A stretch of 64,000 nucleotides of DNA from an uncultured Verrucomicrobiae bacterium (GTDB lineage: Bacteria > Verrucomicrobiota > Verrucomicrobiia > Chthoniobacterales > Chthoniobacteraceae). Location of the stretch: positions 256,001 through 320,000 of the forward strand of contig CAWHEP010000010.1 of assembly GCA_963828525.1 (NCBI GenBank). Reading direction: 5' to 3'. Under the pieces are notes generated by a model. The model did no database searches, was not told the DNA's origin, and saw only the letters and a list, made by a program, of their open reading frames with translations. Both the position numbers and the translations under genes were made by a program. Below are positions 49,982 to 60,302 of this stretch, in pieces; the first letter of the stretch is position 1, and the number at the start of each line of letters is the position of its first letter.

Positions 49982-50449
49982 GTGCGCAAACGCATTCTCT
50001 CCCCATTAACAGAGGCGCCTGCTCTCGCGGAGAGTGGCTGGCTGAATCTTGAAGAGATCGCGCGTGTTGAAGTTACCTCCGAGGCGGCGGCTTTCCCGAT
50101 CGAGGCCGCATTGATACAGACGGCGAGCGGCGGGTGGCGGGCGGAGAGCGCGGGTGAGCAGGTAATCCGCCTGTGTTTCGATGAACCGCAAAAGCTGAGG
50201 AAGCTGCGCGTGGTGTTCATCGAAGAAAAGGAGGAACGGACGCAGGAATTCGTGATTTGCTGGTCCACGGGAGCGTCAAGAGGGGAGATCGTACGGCAGC
50301 AATACAATTTCAGCCCGGGAGGTTCGACGCGTGAGATCGAGGAATACGAAATGAATCTCGACGGCGTGGTGGAGTTGGAACTCATGATCAACCCTGACGC
50401 GCGGGGGCGGGCGGCGCACGCTACGCTGGCGGAACTTCGGGTGGGTTAA
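49982..50449 (+). CDS. Small galactose-binding-like/carbohydrate-binding domain protein
   Basis: WLNLE..ARVEVTSE..PIEAAL..GWRA..GEQ.IRL.FDEPQ..RTQEF..IVRQQYNFSP. Confidence 0.6.
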   Translation: MRKRILSPLTEAPALAESGWLNLEEIARVEVTSEAAAFPIEAALIQTASGGWRAESAGEQVIRLCFDEPQKLRKLRVVFIEEKEERTQEFVICWSTGASRGEIVRQQYNFSPGGSTREIEEYEMNLDGVVELELMINPDARGRAAHATLAELRVG

Positions 50450-50544
50450 AGGGCAAGCGCGGCGCGCGTGACGGGAACAGCCGTCACCGGAATGTAACAA
50501 TAGTTGGGTTGAATGCGGGGAGTGTCGCGCGGCATCATTAGTGT

Positions 50545-51924
50545 ATGGCAACACCCCGCGGTCGTCGTTACAAGCAGATAGCTGGCATTAAGAAAAATCC
50601 GGATTCGCTTGCTCCGAAAGACAATAGCCAGCCCGATCCAACACTAGGACCGCGTTTTGCGCAGGCGGCGCCGACCGGGGATCCAACGGTCTTCACGGTG
50701 ATGCATGGCTCGGACAAAGAAGCGTATGCCATTCTCGATAGCGAAAAAGGAACACTATTGCCTCGCGAAATACCCGCCGGGCCCGCGCCTGAGCCGCGGA
50801 TGTCCCTCGCGGACGCGATTGGGGATCAAGGTGGCGCGGTAACGAAGGCGATCACACGCGCTGGACAGATCGTATTTCACGCCTTGGGAGACACTGGCAA
50901 TACCAGAGGCCCGGCAGATCAGAACACGGTCACAGACAAGTTGCTAAGTGACTTTAGGAGCGAGGATCCGCGGTCGGTGCCTTCATTCTGCTACAACCTT
51001 GGCGACGTGGTATATAGCTTTGGAGAAGCGCAATACTATTACGACCAATTCTATGATCCATATAGGGACTATCCGGCGCCAATCTTTGCGATCGCGGGAA
51101 ATCATGACGGGATGGTTGCCCCAAATTCGTCAACCCCAACATTGAAGGCGTTTCTTGAAAACTTCTGCGCGAGCGATCAACCGTTTCACCGGACGCCGGA
51201 GGCAGGCAATCTTGCGAGGACAGCGGGGCGGCAGCCGGGTGTTTACTTCACCCTGGAAGCGCCCTTTGTGAGGATTCTCGGACTGTATAGCAACTGTCTG
51301 GAAGACCCGGGGGTGATCTCAACACAGAGCAACTCAACGCAGAGATATTCGGCTCTCACCGACATACAGATCGAATTTTTGAAGGCGGCGCTCGGGAGGG
51401 CGAAAGCGGAGAAGTTTGGAGGGGCGCTGTTGATCGCCGTACATCATCCCGCGTATGTAGCCGCGAGTCCGACCGACAAGACTGTGGGAAGGCATGGCGG
51501 GAGTCCGTTGATGCTTGCGGATATCGACGCGGCGTGCTCTGAAGCGGGAATGTGGCCGCACGCGGTGCTCTCGGGGCACGCGCATAATTACCAGCGGTTT
51601 ACAAGGTATCTGGACGGACGGGAGACGCCATTCGTGGTTTGCGGCAATGGCGGGCACGCTCATAACCGGCTGACGAGGAAGGGGACGGCGGCGCTTCGCG
51701 CTCCTTCAACCCAGCCCCAGCTCTCCAACGGCGCCGATCAAGTTGTGTTTGAAAATTATGATGACGCGGACTTCGGCTACCTGCGCGTCATCGCGGACGC
51801 TCAGCAACTTCGCATCGAATTTCACCCCGCGTCGGATGGTGAATCCATGAAAACGCCAGACGATTCGGTGACGGTGGATCTCGGGACGCGAAAGCTGATA
51901 CACTATCGCGGGCTGGGAGGGTGA
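50545..51924 (+). CDS. Calcineurin-like metallophosphoesterase
   Basis: GDTG, LGDVVY, AGNHD, HHP, SGHAHNY. Confidence 0.9.
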   Translation: MATPRGRRYKQIAGIKKNPDSLAPKDNSQPDPTLGPRFAQAAPTGDPTVFTVMHGSDKEAYAILDSEKGTLLPREIPAGPAPEPRMSLADAIGDQGGAVTKAITRAGQIVFHALGDTGNTRGPADQNTVTDKLLSDFRSEDPRSVPSFCYNLGDVVYSFGEAQYYYDQFYDPYRDYPAPIFAIAGNHDGMVAPNSSTPTLKAFLENFCASDQPFHRTPEAGNLARTAGRQPGVYFTLEAPFVRILGLYSNCLEDPGVISTQSNSTQRYSALTDIQIEFLKAALGRAKAEKFGGALLIAVHHPAYVAASPTDKTVGRHGGSPLMLADIDAACSEAGMWPHAVLSGHAHNYQRFTRYLDGRETPFVVCGNGGHAHNRLTRKGTAALRAPSTQPQLSNGADQVVFENYDDADFGYLRVIADAQQLRIEFHPASDGESMKTPDDSVTVDLGTRKLIHYRGLGG

Positions 51925-52019
51925 TAGGCTCACCGGGCGTTCAGGCTGCGATCCCGCTGGTTGACCCGGGCGCAAAACATGGTTGAAGCGGGCGGCGGGT
52001 GTGTCAGGCTGGTTCCGGA

Positions 52020-53588
52020 ATGCAACGACGGGCGTTTGTAAAGCTGATTGCCGGTTCGGCGGCTTGCTGCGCGGGAGCAAGCCTCTCGTTGCGAGGGGCT
52101 CGCGCGGGAACGGTGGCGCCCGCTGATGGAATGCTTTTTGACAGACTTGCTGACGCGGCCCTGGATGCCGCCCGGAAGGCAGGAGCTGGGTACGCGGACT
52201 TCCGGCTTTGCGAAGAGGAGACGGAGTCCATAGCGGCGCGGGAGGAGCACGTGGAGGACGTGAGTTTTTCGCGGACTAATGGATTCGGATTGCGATTGCT
52301 GGTGGATGGGGTGTGGGGATTTGCCGCGAGCGAGGCGCTAACCGTGGAAGAAGTGAGACGGATGGCGGCGAAGGCGGGCGAGATCGCAAAGGCAAATCGC
52401 GCCATCCAAGGCAAGGGGATCGAACTCGAGAGCATCCCGGGTTACCAGGATAAGTGGACGATGCCGATGCGAATCGATCCATTCGGGGTATCGATCGAGG
52501 AGAAGACCGCTCGCCTGTTGGGGATTAACCGCGCGGCAAAAGACGCTGGCGCCAGTTTTTGCGCTTCGGGTTTTACATTTGTCCGGGAGACAAAGTTCTT
52601 CGCGTCGAGCAACGGGAGCCGGATCGAGCAGGTGAGGGTGCGATCCATGCCCCACTTTGCCGTGACAGCGGTAGACAAGAGCAGCGGGAAGTTCACAAGC
52701 CGGTCGAGCCTCGCGGCGCCACGTGGCAGCGGGTATGAGTATATCGCGGAATACGATTTCGTGACGGAAGCGGGGAAGGCGGCCCAGGAGGCGAAGGAGA
52801 AGCTGACGGCGAAGCCGGTGGAACCGGGCAGGAAAGATCTCGTGATCGACCCGACAAACCTCTGGCTGACGATCCACGAGAGCATAGGACACGCGACCGA
52901 GCTGGATCGCGCGTTGGGATGGGAGGCGAACTTCGCGGGAACTTCCTTTGTGACGCCGGATAAGCTAGGGAAGCTGAAGTACGCAAGTCCGCTGGTGACA
53001 GTGATGGCGGATCGATCGCAGGCAGGGGGGCTTTCAACGGTGGGCTACGATGATGACGGGGTGAAGACCTCGGGAGCAGAGTTCCCCATCATCAAGGACG
53101 GAGTGTTTGAGAACTACCAGATGGCAATCGGACAGGCGGCGTTGATTGGCAGGAAGAGTTCAAACGGATGCGCGTTTGCGGACAGCTACGCGAGCTTCCC
53201 GATACAACGAATGCCGAATGTGTCGCTGCAACCGAACCCGCGGGATGTGCGGCTGGAGGAACTAGTCTCGGAAGTCAAAGATGGGATCTACATCGTGGGC
53301 AACGGGAGTTGGAGTATTGACCAGCAGCGATACAACTTTCAATTTGGAGGGCAGGTGTTCCATGAAATCAAGGACGGGAAGATCGGAGCCATGCTCCGTG
53401 ATGTCGCTTACCAGGGGAACACGATTGATTTCTGGAACGCGTGCGACGGGCTGTGCGGAAAAAGCGAATACTACCTGGGCGGCACGCCGGTGTGCGGGAA
53501 AGGGGAGCCGATGCAGGGCGCGCCCGTGTCGCATGGCGCGGTGCCGGCGCGATTCCGCCAGATCAATGTGTTGAACACGGCGATATGA
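52020..53588 (+). CDS. tldD: TldD-family metalloprotease with Tat signal
   Basis: MQRRAFVK; HESIGH zinc motif; YDDDG; RMPN; CGKGEP. Confidence 0.9.
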   Translation: MQRRAFVKLIAGSAACCAGASLSLRGARAGTVAPADGMLFDRLADAALDAARKAGAGYADFRLCEEETESIAAREEHVEDVSFSRTNGFGLRLLVDGVWGFAASEALTVEEVRRMAAKAGEIAKANRAIQGKGIELESIPGYQDKWTMPMRIDPFGVSIEEKTARLLGINRAAKDAGASFCASGFTFVRETKFFASSNGSRIEQVRVRSMPHFAVTAVDKSSGKFTSRSSLAAPRGSGYEYIAEYDFVTEAGKAAQEAKEKLTAKPVEPGRKDLVIDPTNLWLTIHESIGHATELDRALGWEANFAGTSFVTPDKLGKLKYASPLVTVMADRSQAGGLSTVGYDDDGVKTSGAEFPIIKDGVFENYQMAIGQAALIGRKSSNGCAFADSYASFPIQRMPNVSLQPNPRDVRLEELVSEVKDGIYIVGNGSWSIDQQRYNFQFGGQVFHEIKDGKIGAMLRDVAYQGNTIDFWNACDGLCGKSEYYLGGTPVCGKGEPMQGAPVSHGAVPARFRQINVLNTAI

Positions 53589-54916
53589 TTCATTCGGAGC
53601 AAGAAGCGAAGGAACTGCTGGCGAAGCTTCTCTCTTTTTCAAAGGCGGATTCCGCGGTCGCATTGCTTTCCGGCGAAGAGAGCGAAGGGGTGCGATTTGC
53701 GGTGAACAGCGTCACGACGGCTGGCTACCACTCCGGTCAAACGGTGGTGGTGGAGTCGCATTTCGGGAAGCGCGCCGGCAGCGTGAATATCAACATCACA
53801 GATGAGCAGGCGCTCCGGGACGCGGTGAGAAAAAGCGAGGAGATCGCGCGGCTCGCTCCGGAGAACCCGGAATTTGTGGAGCCGTTGGGGCCGCAACAGT
53901 ATATCACCGGCCCCGGCTACTGCGAAGCGACGGCCCGGGCCTCCTCGGCTGACCTCGTCGCGCTCTGCGAGCCCGCGCTGCGACGCGCCGAGTCTGACAA
54001 GAACCTGGCTGCCGGCTATACGGAATGCGGTCGCGATTTCACCGCGGTCGCCACGAGCAAAGGGTTGTTCGGCTACGGAAAGTCGACCAGCGTGGATTTT
54101 TCTACGACGATTCGGGAGCGGACTGGCAGCGGCTCTGGGTGGGCAGGGCGAACCGATCATGACATCACCCGGGTGAACGCGGACGCCCTGGCGTTGGCGG
54201 CGTCGAAGAAATGCGCTTCGTCAAAGGCTCCCGCATTCCTGGCCGCCGGCGATTATACCGTCATCCTGGAGCCTTCAGCTACTTCGGATCTGATGTGGCG
54301 TCTGATCGAACGGTTTGACGCGCGCAGCGCGGATGAAGGTCGCAGCTTTCTGACTCGGAAGGGTGGCGGGAATCGGCGCGGGGAGAAGCTGTTCAATGAG
54401 AGCGTCTCCTTGTTTTCTGATCCGGCGAACGATGTGGCTCCTGGAGCAACGTTTACGGGAGACGGGTTGCCTCTAAACCGGCAGGACTGGATTAAGGATG
54501 GTGTGGCGCAGAGTCTTATCTACTCCCGCTTTTGGGCGCAAAAGATGAAGGCTGAGGTAGTTGGCGAGCCATCCAACCTGATAATGCCTGGCGGGACCGC
54601 CACCATGGAAGAGATGATAAAGCAGACCCGCCGAGGAGTGTTGGTGACGCGTTTTTGGTACGTACGGGATGTTGATCCGAGAACGGTGCTGCTGACTGGG
54701 TTGACGCGGGATGGGAATTTTCTGATCGAGGACGGAGAGATACGAAGACCGGTGAATAATTTTCGGTTCAACGAGAGTCCGATTTCGGTGTTCAATAATA
54801 TCGTCGCGATGGGGCCCTCCGTGCGCGCCCGAGGCGGAGAGGGGCCTTCGTCGACTTCCGCGCCAGCGCTGCTGGTGGGAAAGTTCCATTTCGCGTCCGT
54901 GTCGAAGGCGGCCTGA
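53585..54916 (+). CDS. tldE: TldE/PmbA-family non-catalytic subunit
   Basis: ATGA overlap with tldD; VRFAVN, GDYTVILEPSA, LTGLTRDG, NFRFNES; no HExxxH. Confidence 0.85.
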   Translation: MIHSEQEAKELLAKLLSFSKADSAVALLSGEESEGVRFAVNSVTTAGYHSGQTVVVESHFGKRAGSVNINITDEQALRDAVRKSEEIARLAPENPEFVEPLGPQQYITGPGYCEATARASSADLVALCEPALRRAESDKNLAAGYTECGRDFTAVATSKGLFGYGKSTSVDFSTTIRERTGSGSGWAGRTDHDITRVNADALALAASKKCASSKAPAFLAAGDYTVILEPSATSDLMWRLIERFDARSADEGRSFLTRKGGGNRRGEKLFNESVSLFSDPANDVAPGATFTGDGLPLNRQDWIKDGVAQSLIYSRFWAQKMKAEVVGEPSNLIMPGGTATMEEMIKQTRRGVLVTRFWYVRDVDPRTVLLTGLTRDGNFLIEDGEIRRPVNNFRFNESPISVFNNIVAMGPSVRARGGEGPSSTSAPALLVGKFHFASVSKAA

Positions 54917-55049
54917 AACGGGCGAGGAAGGTCGCCGCAAGAGGTTGTGCAGGTACAGACCGCGCAGAGCGCTTGTTTTTCGGAGTGCCACCATCTAGTA
55001 GAGCCTGAGTGACAAGGAAACTTTCGAAGAACCGGAGACTGCCGCGCGC

Positions 55050-55937
55050 ATGAGCGAGAATCGGCGGTTGGTCTTCTTCTCGCGGCTAGGAAGTACGATT
55101 GCCCTCTGGGCAGGATCGCTCTTTGTCATCTTCTCGGGATACGAGCTTGGATTTTTCCTGCTGATCGCGGGGCTGGCCATGGTGGGGCTGTGGGAGTTCT
55201 ACAGCATGCTGGATAACAAGGAGCTGCCGAACTTCAGGATCACGGCGATGATCTGCGGGCTGGTTCTAATCAGCGGGAGTTTCCATTATTACAGCCAGGC
55301 GCGGATGCGGCCGGCGGAGTCATACGATTTCGAGGTGTCCGTGCTGCTGTTTTTCCTGCTGGTGGTTTTCGGGAGGCAGATGTTCCAGAAGATGCGTGTG
55401 ATCGCGCCGCTCGAGTCGATGGCGTACACGCTGTTTGGCCTTCTGTACGTGCCGTGGATGTTCAACTTTGTGACGAAGATCGTGTATGTGATCCCGCGCG
55501 CGCCGGATGGACACGTGGCGGGACATTTTTACGTGCTCTATTTAATCGTGGTGACGAAGTTCAGCGATATGGGGGCATACCTGGTGGGGAGCGTATGCGG
55601 CAAACATCCGCTGGTGCCGCACATCAGTCCGAAGAAGACGTGGGAGGGCTTTTTCGGGGCGCTGGCGTTTTCAGTGCTTGGCAGCTACGGGATGCTGGCG
55701 CTGTTCCGCGACAAGCTTGCGGCGCTGAATTACACGCATGCCACGATCCTCGGCTTGCTGCTCGGGTTTGCGGCGGTGATCGGCGACCTGGCGGAGTCGA
55801 TTGTAAAGCGGAGCACTGAAACCAAGGATTCCGGGAACTTCCTGCCTGGGATCGGCGGCGCGCTGGACCTGATCGACAGCCTGCTCTTCACGGCGCCGTT
55901 GCTTTTCTTTTACCTGCGCCTCGTGATCCGGGTATGA
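55050..55937 (+). CDS. cdsA: Phosphatidate cytidylyltransferase
   Basis: SDMGAY..G..HISPKKTWEG, GDLAES..KR..KDSG.FLPG.GG.LD..DS. Confidence 0.95.
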   Translation: MSENRRLVFFSRLGSTIALWAGSLFVIFSGYELGFFLLIAGLAMVGLWEFYSMLDNKELPNFRITAMICGLVLISGSFHYYSQARMRPAESYDFEVSVLLFFLLVVFGRQMFQKMRVIAPLESMAYTLFGLLYVPWMFNFVTKIVYVIPRAPDGHVAGHFYVLYLIVVTKFSDMGAYLVGSVCGKHPLVPHISPKKTWEGFFGALAFSVLGSYGMLALFRDKLAALNYTHATILGLLLGFAAVIGDLAESIVKRSTETKDSGNFLPGIGGALDLIDSLLFTAPLLFFYLRLVIRV

Positions 55938-57082
55938 GACAGCGAAAGGTGATCGTTCTGGGAGCCACCGGGTCCATCGGCGAGAGCGCCGCGAAGGTGG
56001 CGCGTGACATCCCCGACAGGATGAAGATCGTCGGAATGTCGGCAAACCGGAGCGCAGGCAAGCTTGCGGCGCAGGCGAATCAGTTCAAGCCCGGGGCGCT
56101 ATGCATCACGGATGGCGCTCTCCTCGCAGAGCTGCGGGCAAGCCTGGAATATTCCCCTGAGATCTTTTGCGGGGAGGATGGGCTTGTGGAGCTGGCGACG
56201 CGGGCGGACGCGGATATGGTGCTGATCGCGATCGTGGGCACGGGGGGGTTGAGGCCGGCGCTGGCGGCGATCGAGGCAGGCAAGGATGTGGCGATCGCGA
56301 GCAAGGAAATACTGGTGATGGCAGGCGAGATCGTGATGGAAGCCGCCCGGAGGAAGGGTGTGAAAGTGCTGCCGGTGGACAGTGAGCACAACGCGATCTT
56401 CCAATGTCTTGAAAATCGAGACCCCTCCGAGGCTCGGCGGCTGATTCTCACAGCGTCCGGCGGGCCTTTCCGCATGAAACCCGCCGAGGAACTGGAGCGC
56501 GTCACGGTTGAGGAAGCGCTGAATCACCCAACATGGCGAATGGGATCGAAGATCAGCATCGATTCGGCGACGCTGTTCAACAAGGGGCTGGAGATGATCG
56601 AGGCGCGGTGGTTGTTCGATGTGGAGATGTCGCGCGTGGAGGTGGTGGTGCATCCCCAAAGCATTGTGCATTCGATGGTCGAGTTCATCGACGGATCGGT
56701 GCTGGCGCAGATGAGTCAATCGGACATGTGTTTCCCGATACAGTACGCGGTCACGTGGCCGCAGCGGGTTCCAAATTCGTTGCGACCGCTGGATTTTGGA
56801 CGCCTCGCAAAACTGGAGTTTGAGGCTCCGCGCTACGCGGATTTCCCCGCGCTGGATTTGGCAAGGCACGCGGGGGAGACCGGAGGCAGTCTCCCGGCGG
56901 TAATGAACGCGGCAAACGAGGTGGCTGTCGAAGCGTTCATGCAAGGACGCATATCATTCCCGGAGATTTGGCGTCTGGTGAGCCGGGTAATGGAGGGGCA
57001 CGCCTGCTTTGCGCGGGTTGGACTCGATGCTATACTTGAGGCTGACCGGTCGGCTCGCCAGCGGGCGCTGGAACTCATCTAA
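55934..57082 (+). CDS. dxr: 1-deoxy-D-xylulose-5-phosphate reductoisomerase
   Basis: LGATGSIG, LPVDSEHNAIFQ, LTASGGPFR, MGSKISIDSATLFNKGLE. Confidence 0.97.
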   Translation: MRQRKVIVLGATGSIGESAAKVARDIPDRMKIVGMSANRSAGKLAAQANQFKPGALCITDGALLAELRASLEYSPEIFCGEDGLVELATRADADMVLIAIVGTGGLRPALAAIEAGKDVAIASKEILVMAGEIVMEAARRKGVKVLPVDSEHNAIFQCLENRDPSEARRLILTASGGPFRMKPAEELERVTVEEALNHPTWRMGSKISIDSATLFNKGLEMIEARWLFDVEMSRVEVVVHPQSIVHSMVEFIDGSVLAQMSQSDMCFPIQYAVTWPQRVPNSLRPLDFGRLAKLEFEAPRYADFPALDLARHAGETGGSLPAVMNAANEVAVEAFMQGRISFPEIWRLVSRVMEGHACFARVGLDAILEADRSARQRALELI

Positions 57083-57088
57083 AAGGCT

Positions 57089-58496
57089 GTGAAAATACTT
57101 AATTTCGTCTTCATCCTGTTTGAAGTGTTGATCATCTTCAACATGTTGATCATCGTCCACGAGCTGGGACATTTTCTCGCGGCCAAATGGCGGGGCCTGG
57201 TCATTGAAAAGTTTGCGATCTGGTTTGGGAACCCGATCTGGTCAAAGACGGTGGGAGGGATTCAATACAGCATCGGCTGCATACCAGCGGGAGGATTCGT
57301 GGCGCTGCCGCAGATGGCTCCCATGGAGGTGCTGGAAGGAAAAAATGAGAAGGGGGCGGCGAGTTATCCGCCCATCTCTGCATTGGACAAGATCATCGTC
57401 GCGATTGCGGGGCCGCTATTCAGTTTCATGCTGGCGCTGGTGTATGCCACAATCGTCTGGGGAATAGGGCGGCCGACAACGGAAGCGGAGAACACGACGA
57501 CCGTGGGCTATGCCGAGGCGGGGTCGCCGGCTGAAAAGGCGGGGCTACGGCCCGGCGACAAGATTCTGGAGATCGACGGGCAGCCGGTGAAACGTTTCTC
57601 CGGCATGGGGAGCGACAGCATCCAGTGGCGCATTATTCGAAGCGAAGGGGAAAAAATCAACTTTCTGGTGGAGCGAGACGGGAAACAGATACCGATCCAG
57701 TGCGGATGGGTGAAGGAGCCGCAGCGGCGTTTTGCGCGGGCGAGCCTGCGGCAGGTAAAGATCACCCCGAAAACCCGTCTGATCATCGGAGAGGTGGAGC
57801 CGGGAACACCCGCGGCGCTCGCGGGTTTGCAGCCCAAGGACGAAATAACGGAAGTGAACGGCCGCAAGGTATACAGCACAGAAGCGCTGGTGGATGAACT
57901 GCTGAGTCATCCCAGTGATCCCGTATCGCTTGGCGTGGAAAGAGGCGCGCAACACAAGGCTTTCTCGATGACGCCCGTGCTGCTGCCCGCGGAGAACGGA
58001 ACAAAGCGGCCCCGGATCGGAATCGTGTGGGACCCGGGCGAGATAGAGCTTGTTTACCCGAATCCTGTTGAGCAGATCGTCAGCAGCCTCAACAGCATGG
58101 CCAACATGTTTGAGGCGCTGATCTCCCGCAGGTCGGATGTGGGTGTGCAGCATTTCAGCGGCCCGGTGGGAATCATGCGTATTTACTACAAGATTTTCGA
58201 AAGCGAGGACGGGTGGCGGATGGCGCTGTGGTTCAGCGTGTTTTCAAACGTGAACCTCGCCGTGTTGAATATGTTGCCGATACCTGTGCTGGATGGCGGC
58301 CACATCCTGCTCGCTCTCGGTGGAACGCGCGCGGCGCAAACCAGCGAACGCGAAAGTGCTGGAGTTTGTGACAAGCATATGCGCGTGCGTGATAATCGGG
58401 TTCATGCTGTTCGTCACATTTTTTGATGTGCAGGATCTGCCATGGCATTGGGCGAAAGGGTCACGGGCGGCTTCAGGGGACAGCCAGGGAAAGTAG
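57089..58496 (+). CDS. rseP: RIP metalloprotease RseP; apparent +1 frameshift at ~58320
   Basis: HELGH, AGP, two PDZ domains, NMLPIPVLDGGH; final TM in ORF 58293..58496. Confidence 0.92.
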
Positions 58497-58544
58497 ATCA
58501 GGAGGTATAACCCTTTTGCATACGCCCGCAGGGTCTCGCGGGAA

Positions 58545-60299
58545 GTGATGGTCGGCAAAGTCGGAGTCGGGGGCTCCAACCCGATCCGGACGCAATCGAT
58601 GCTTACCTGCGACACGATGGACACGGCAGCGTGCATCGAACAGACGCTGGAACTGGCGGCCGTGGGATGTGAGATCGTGAGGATCACCGCGCCGACCGTG
58701 AAGGACGCGAGGAACCTGCAGTTCATCAAGGAAGGGCTGCTATCGAAAGGATGCGATGTGCCGCTGGTGGCAGACATCCATTTCAAGCCAGACGCCGCAA
58801 TAGAGGCTGCCCGTTGGGTCGAAAAGGTGCGTGTAAATCCGGGGAACTACGCGGATTCTAAAAAGTTCGCGGTGCGGGAGTATTCCGACGAGCAATACGC
58901 CGCGGAGATCGAGCGGATTCGGAGCCGGTTCGCGCCTTTGGTAGAAATCTGCAAAAACCGGAGCGTCAGCCTGCGGATTGGGACAAACCACGGATCGCTG
59001 AGTGATCGGATCATGAACCGCTATGGCGATTCACCCCTGGGCATGGTCGAGAGCGCGCTGGAGTTCGCCAGAATCGCGAGAGGGATGGATTTTCACGCGA
59101 TGATTTTTTCAATGAAGTCCAGCAACCCGAAGGTGATGATAAACGCCTATCGTTTGCTCGTCGCCCGTCTGGAGGCGGAAGGCCCGGACTGGAATTACCC
59201 AATTCATCTGGGAGTGACGGAAGCTGGGGATGGGGAGGACGCCCGGATCAAGAGCGCGATTGGCATCGGGTCTCTGCTGGACGACGGGATCGGGGATACT
59301 GTGCGGGTTTCGCTGACGGAAGACAGCCCGCGTGAAATACCGGTCGCGAAGGCGCTCTGCGAGCCGTACAATCACCGTCCATTCCGCGCGGAGGCTTCTG
59401 TGGAAAAGCCCGTTGCCGAATTGCCTTACGACCCCTTTTCCTACAACCGGCGCGCGTCTCACACGCTGGAGTTCGGTGGAGTGGCTGTTGGCGGTGAAGA
59501 GACGGTCCGGGTCGTGGTGAGGCAGGCAAACTATGACAAGGTGGCCCACAAGCTGGAGCGCATGGGTGATTACCAACCGGAGATTGTCTACGAAAAAGCG
59601 GGCATCCGCGAAATCGATCCCCGGAATGATGCCGAGGTCGTGCTGCTCAACTCGATGAGCGACGATTGCCTGGTGACGGCGCGCGACGGGCTGGACATGC
59701 CGGTGATCGCCGCGTTCCGACTCCTCGCGGCGAAGGTGGCTCGACGACACCCCATCCTGTTGAAGGATACATTGGTTCCTGCCACGCGTTCAGGCGCGGA
59801 CTTCCTCAAAACGCTGCTCACTGGAGCGACGAACATCGGCTCGCTTCTTTGCGATGGCGTCGGGGACGCGATTCTCGTCCAGGGAGAAGAAGCGCCGGGT
59901 CAAGCGTTGCGCCTTTCATACAACATCCTTCAGGCGGCGGGCGCCCGGATTTTCAAAACGGATTACGTGGCGTGCCCCTCGTGCGGGCGAACGCTGTTCA
60001 ACCTGCAGACAACGACCGCCCGGATCAAGGAAGCGACGGCGCATCTGAAGGGTGTGAAGATTGCGATCATGGGTTGTATCGTGAACGGCCCCGGGGAAAT
60101 GGCGGACGCTGATTTCGGCTATGTGGGAGGCGCGCCGGGGAAGGTAAATCTGTATGTCGGAAAGACAGCGGTGAAATTCAATATCCCCGAGGCTGAAGCG
60201 GTCGAGCGGTTGCAGGATTTGATACGCGAGCACGGGAAGTGGGTTGAGCCAGTTTTGGCATGTGAAGGCGCGGCGCTAGTCGGGGCGGACGAGGGTTAA
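58545..60299 (+). CDS. ispG: HMBPP synthase IspG, long three-domain form (true start may be slightly upstream)
   Basis: PLVADIHF, RVNPGN, RIGTNHGSLS, HLGVTEAG, ACPSCGR, MGCIVNGPGE. Confidence 0.97.
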   Translation: MMVGKVGVGGSNPIRTQSMLTCDTMDTAACIEQTLELAAVGCEIVRITAPTVKDARNLQFIKEGLLSKGCDVPLVADIHFKPDAAIEAARWVEKVRVNPGNYADSKKFAVREYSDEQYAAEIERIRSRFAPLVEICKNRSVSLRIGTNHGSLSDRIMNRYGDSPLGMVESALEFARIARGMDFHAMIFSMKSSNPKVMINAYRLLVARLEAEGPDWNYPIHLGVTEAGDGEDARIKSAIGIGSLLDDGIGDTVRVSLTEDSPREIPVAKALCEPYNHRPFRAEASVEKPVAELPYDPFSYNRRASHTLEFGGVAVGGEETVRVVVRQANYDKVAHKLERMGDYQPEIVYEKAGIREIDPRNDAEVVLLNSMSDDCLVTARDGLDMPVIAAFRLLAAKVARRHPILLKDTLVPATRSGADFLKTLLTGATNIGSLLCDGVGDAILVQGEEAPGQALRLSYNILQAAGARIFKTDYVACPSCGRTLFNLQTTTARIKEATAHLKGVKIAIMGCIVNGPGEMADADFGYVGGAPGKVNLYVGKTAVKFNIPEAEAVERLQDLIREHGKWVEPVLACEGAALVGADEG

Positions 60300-60302
60300 G
60301 CC

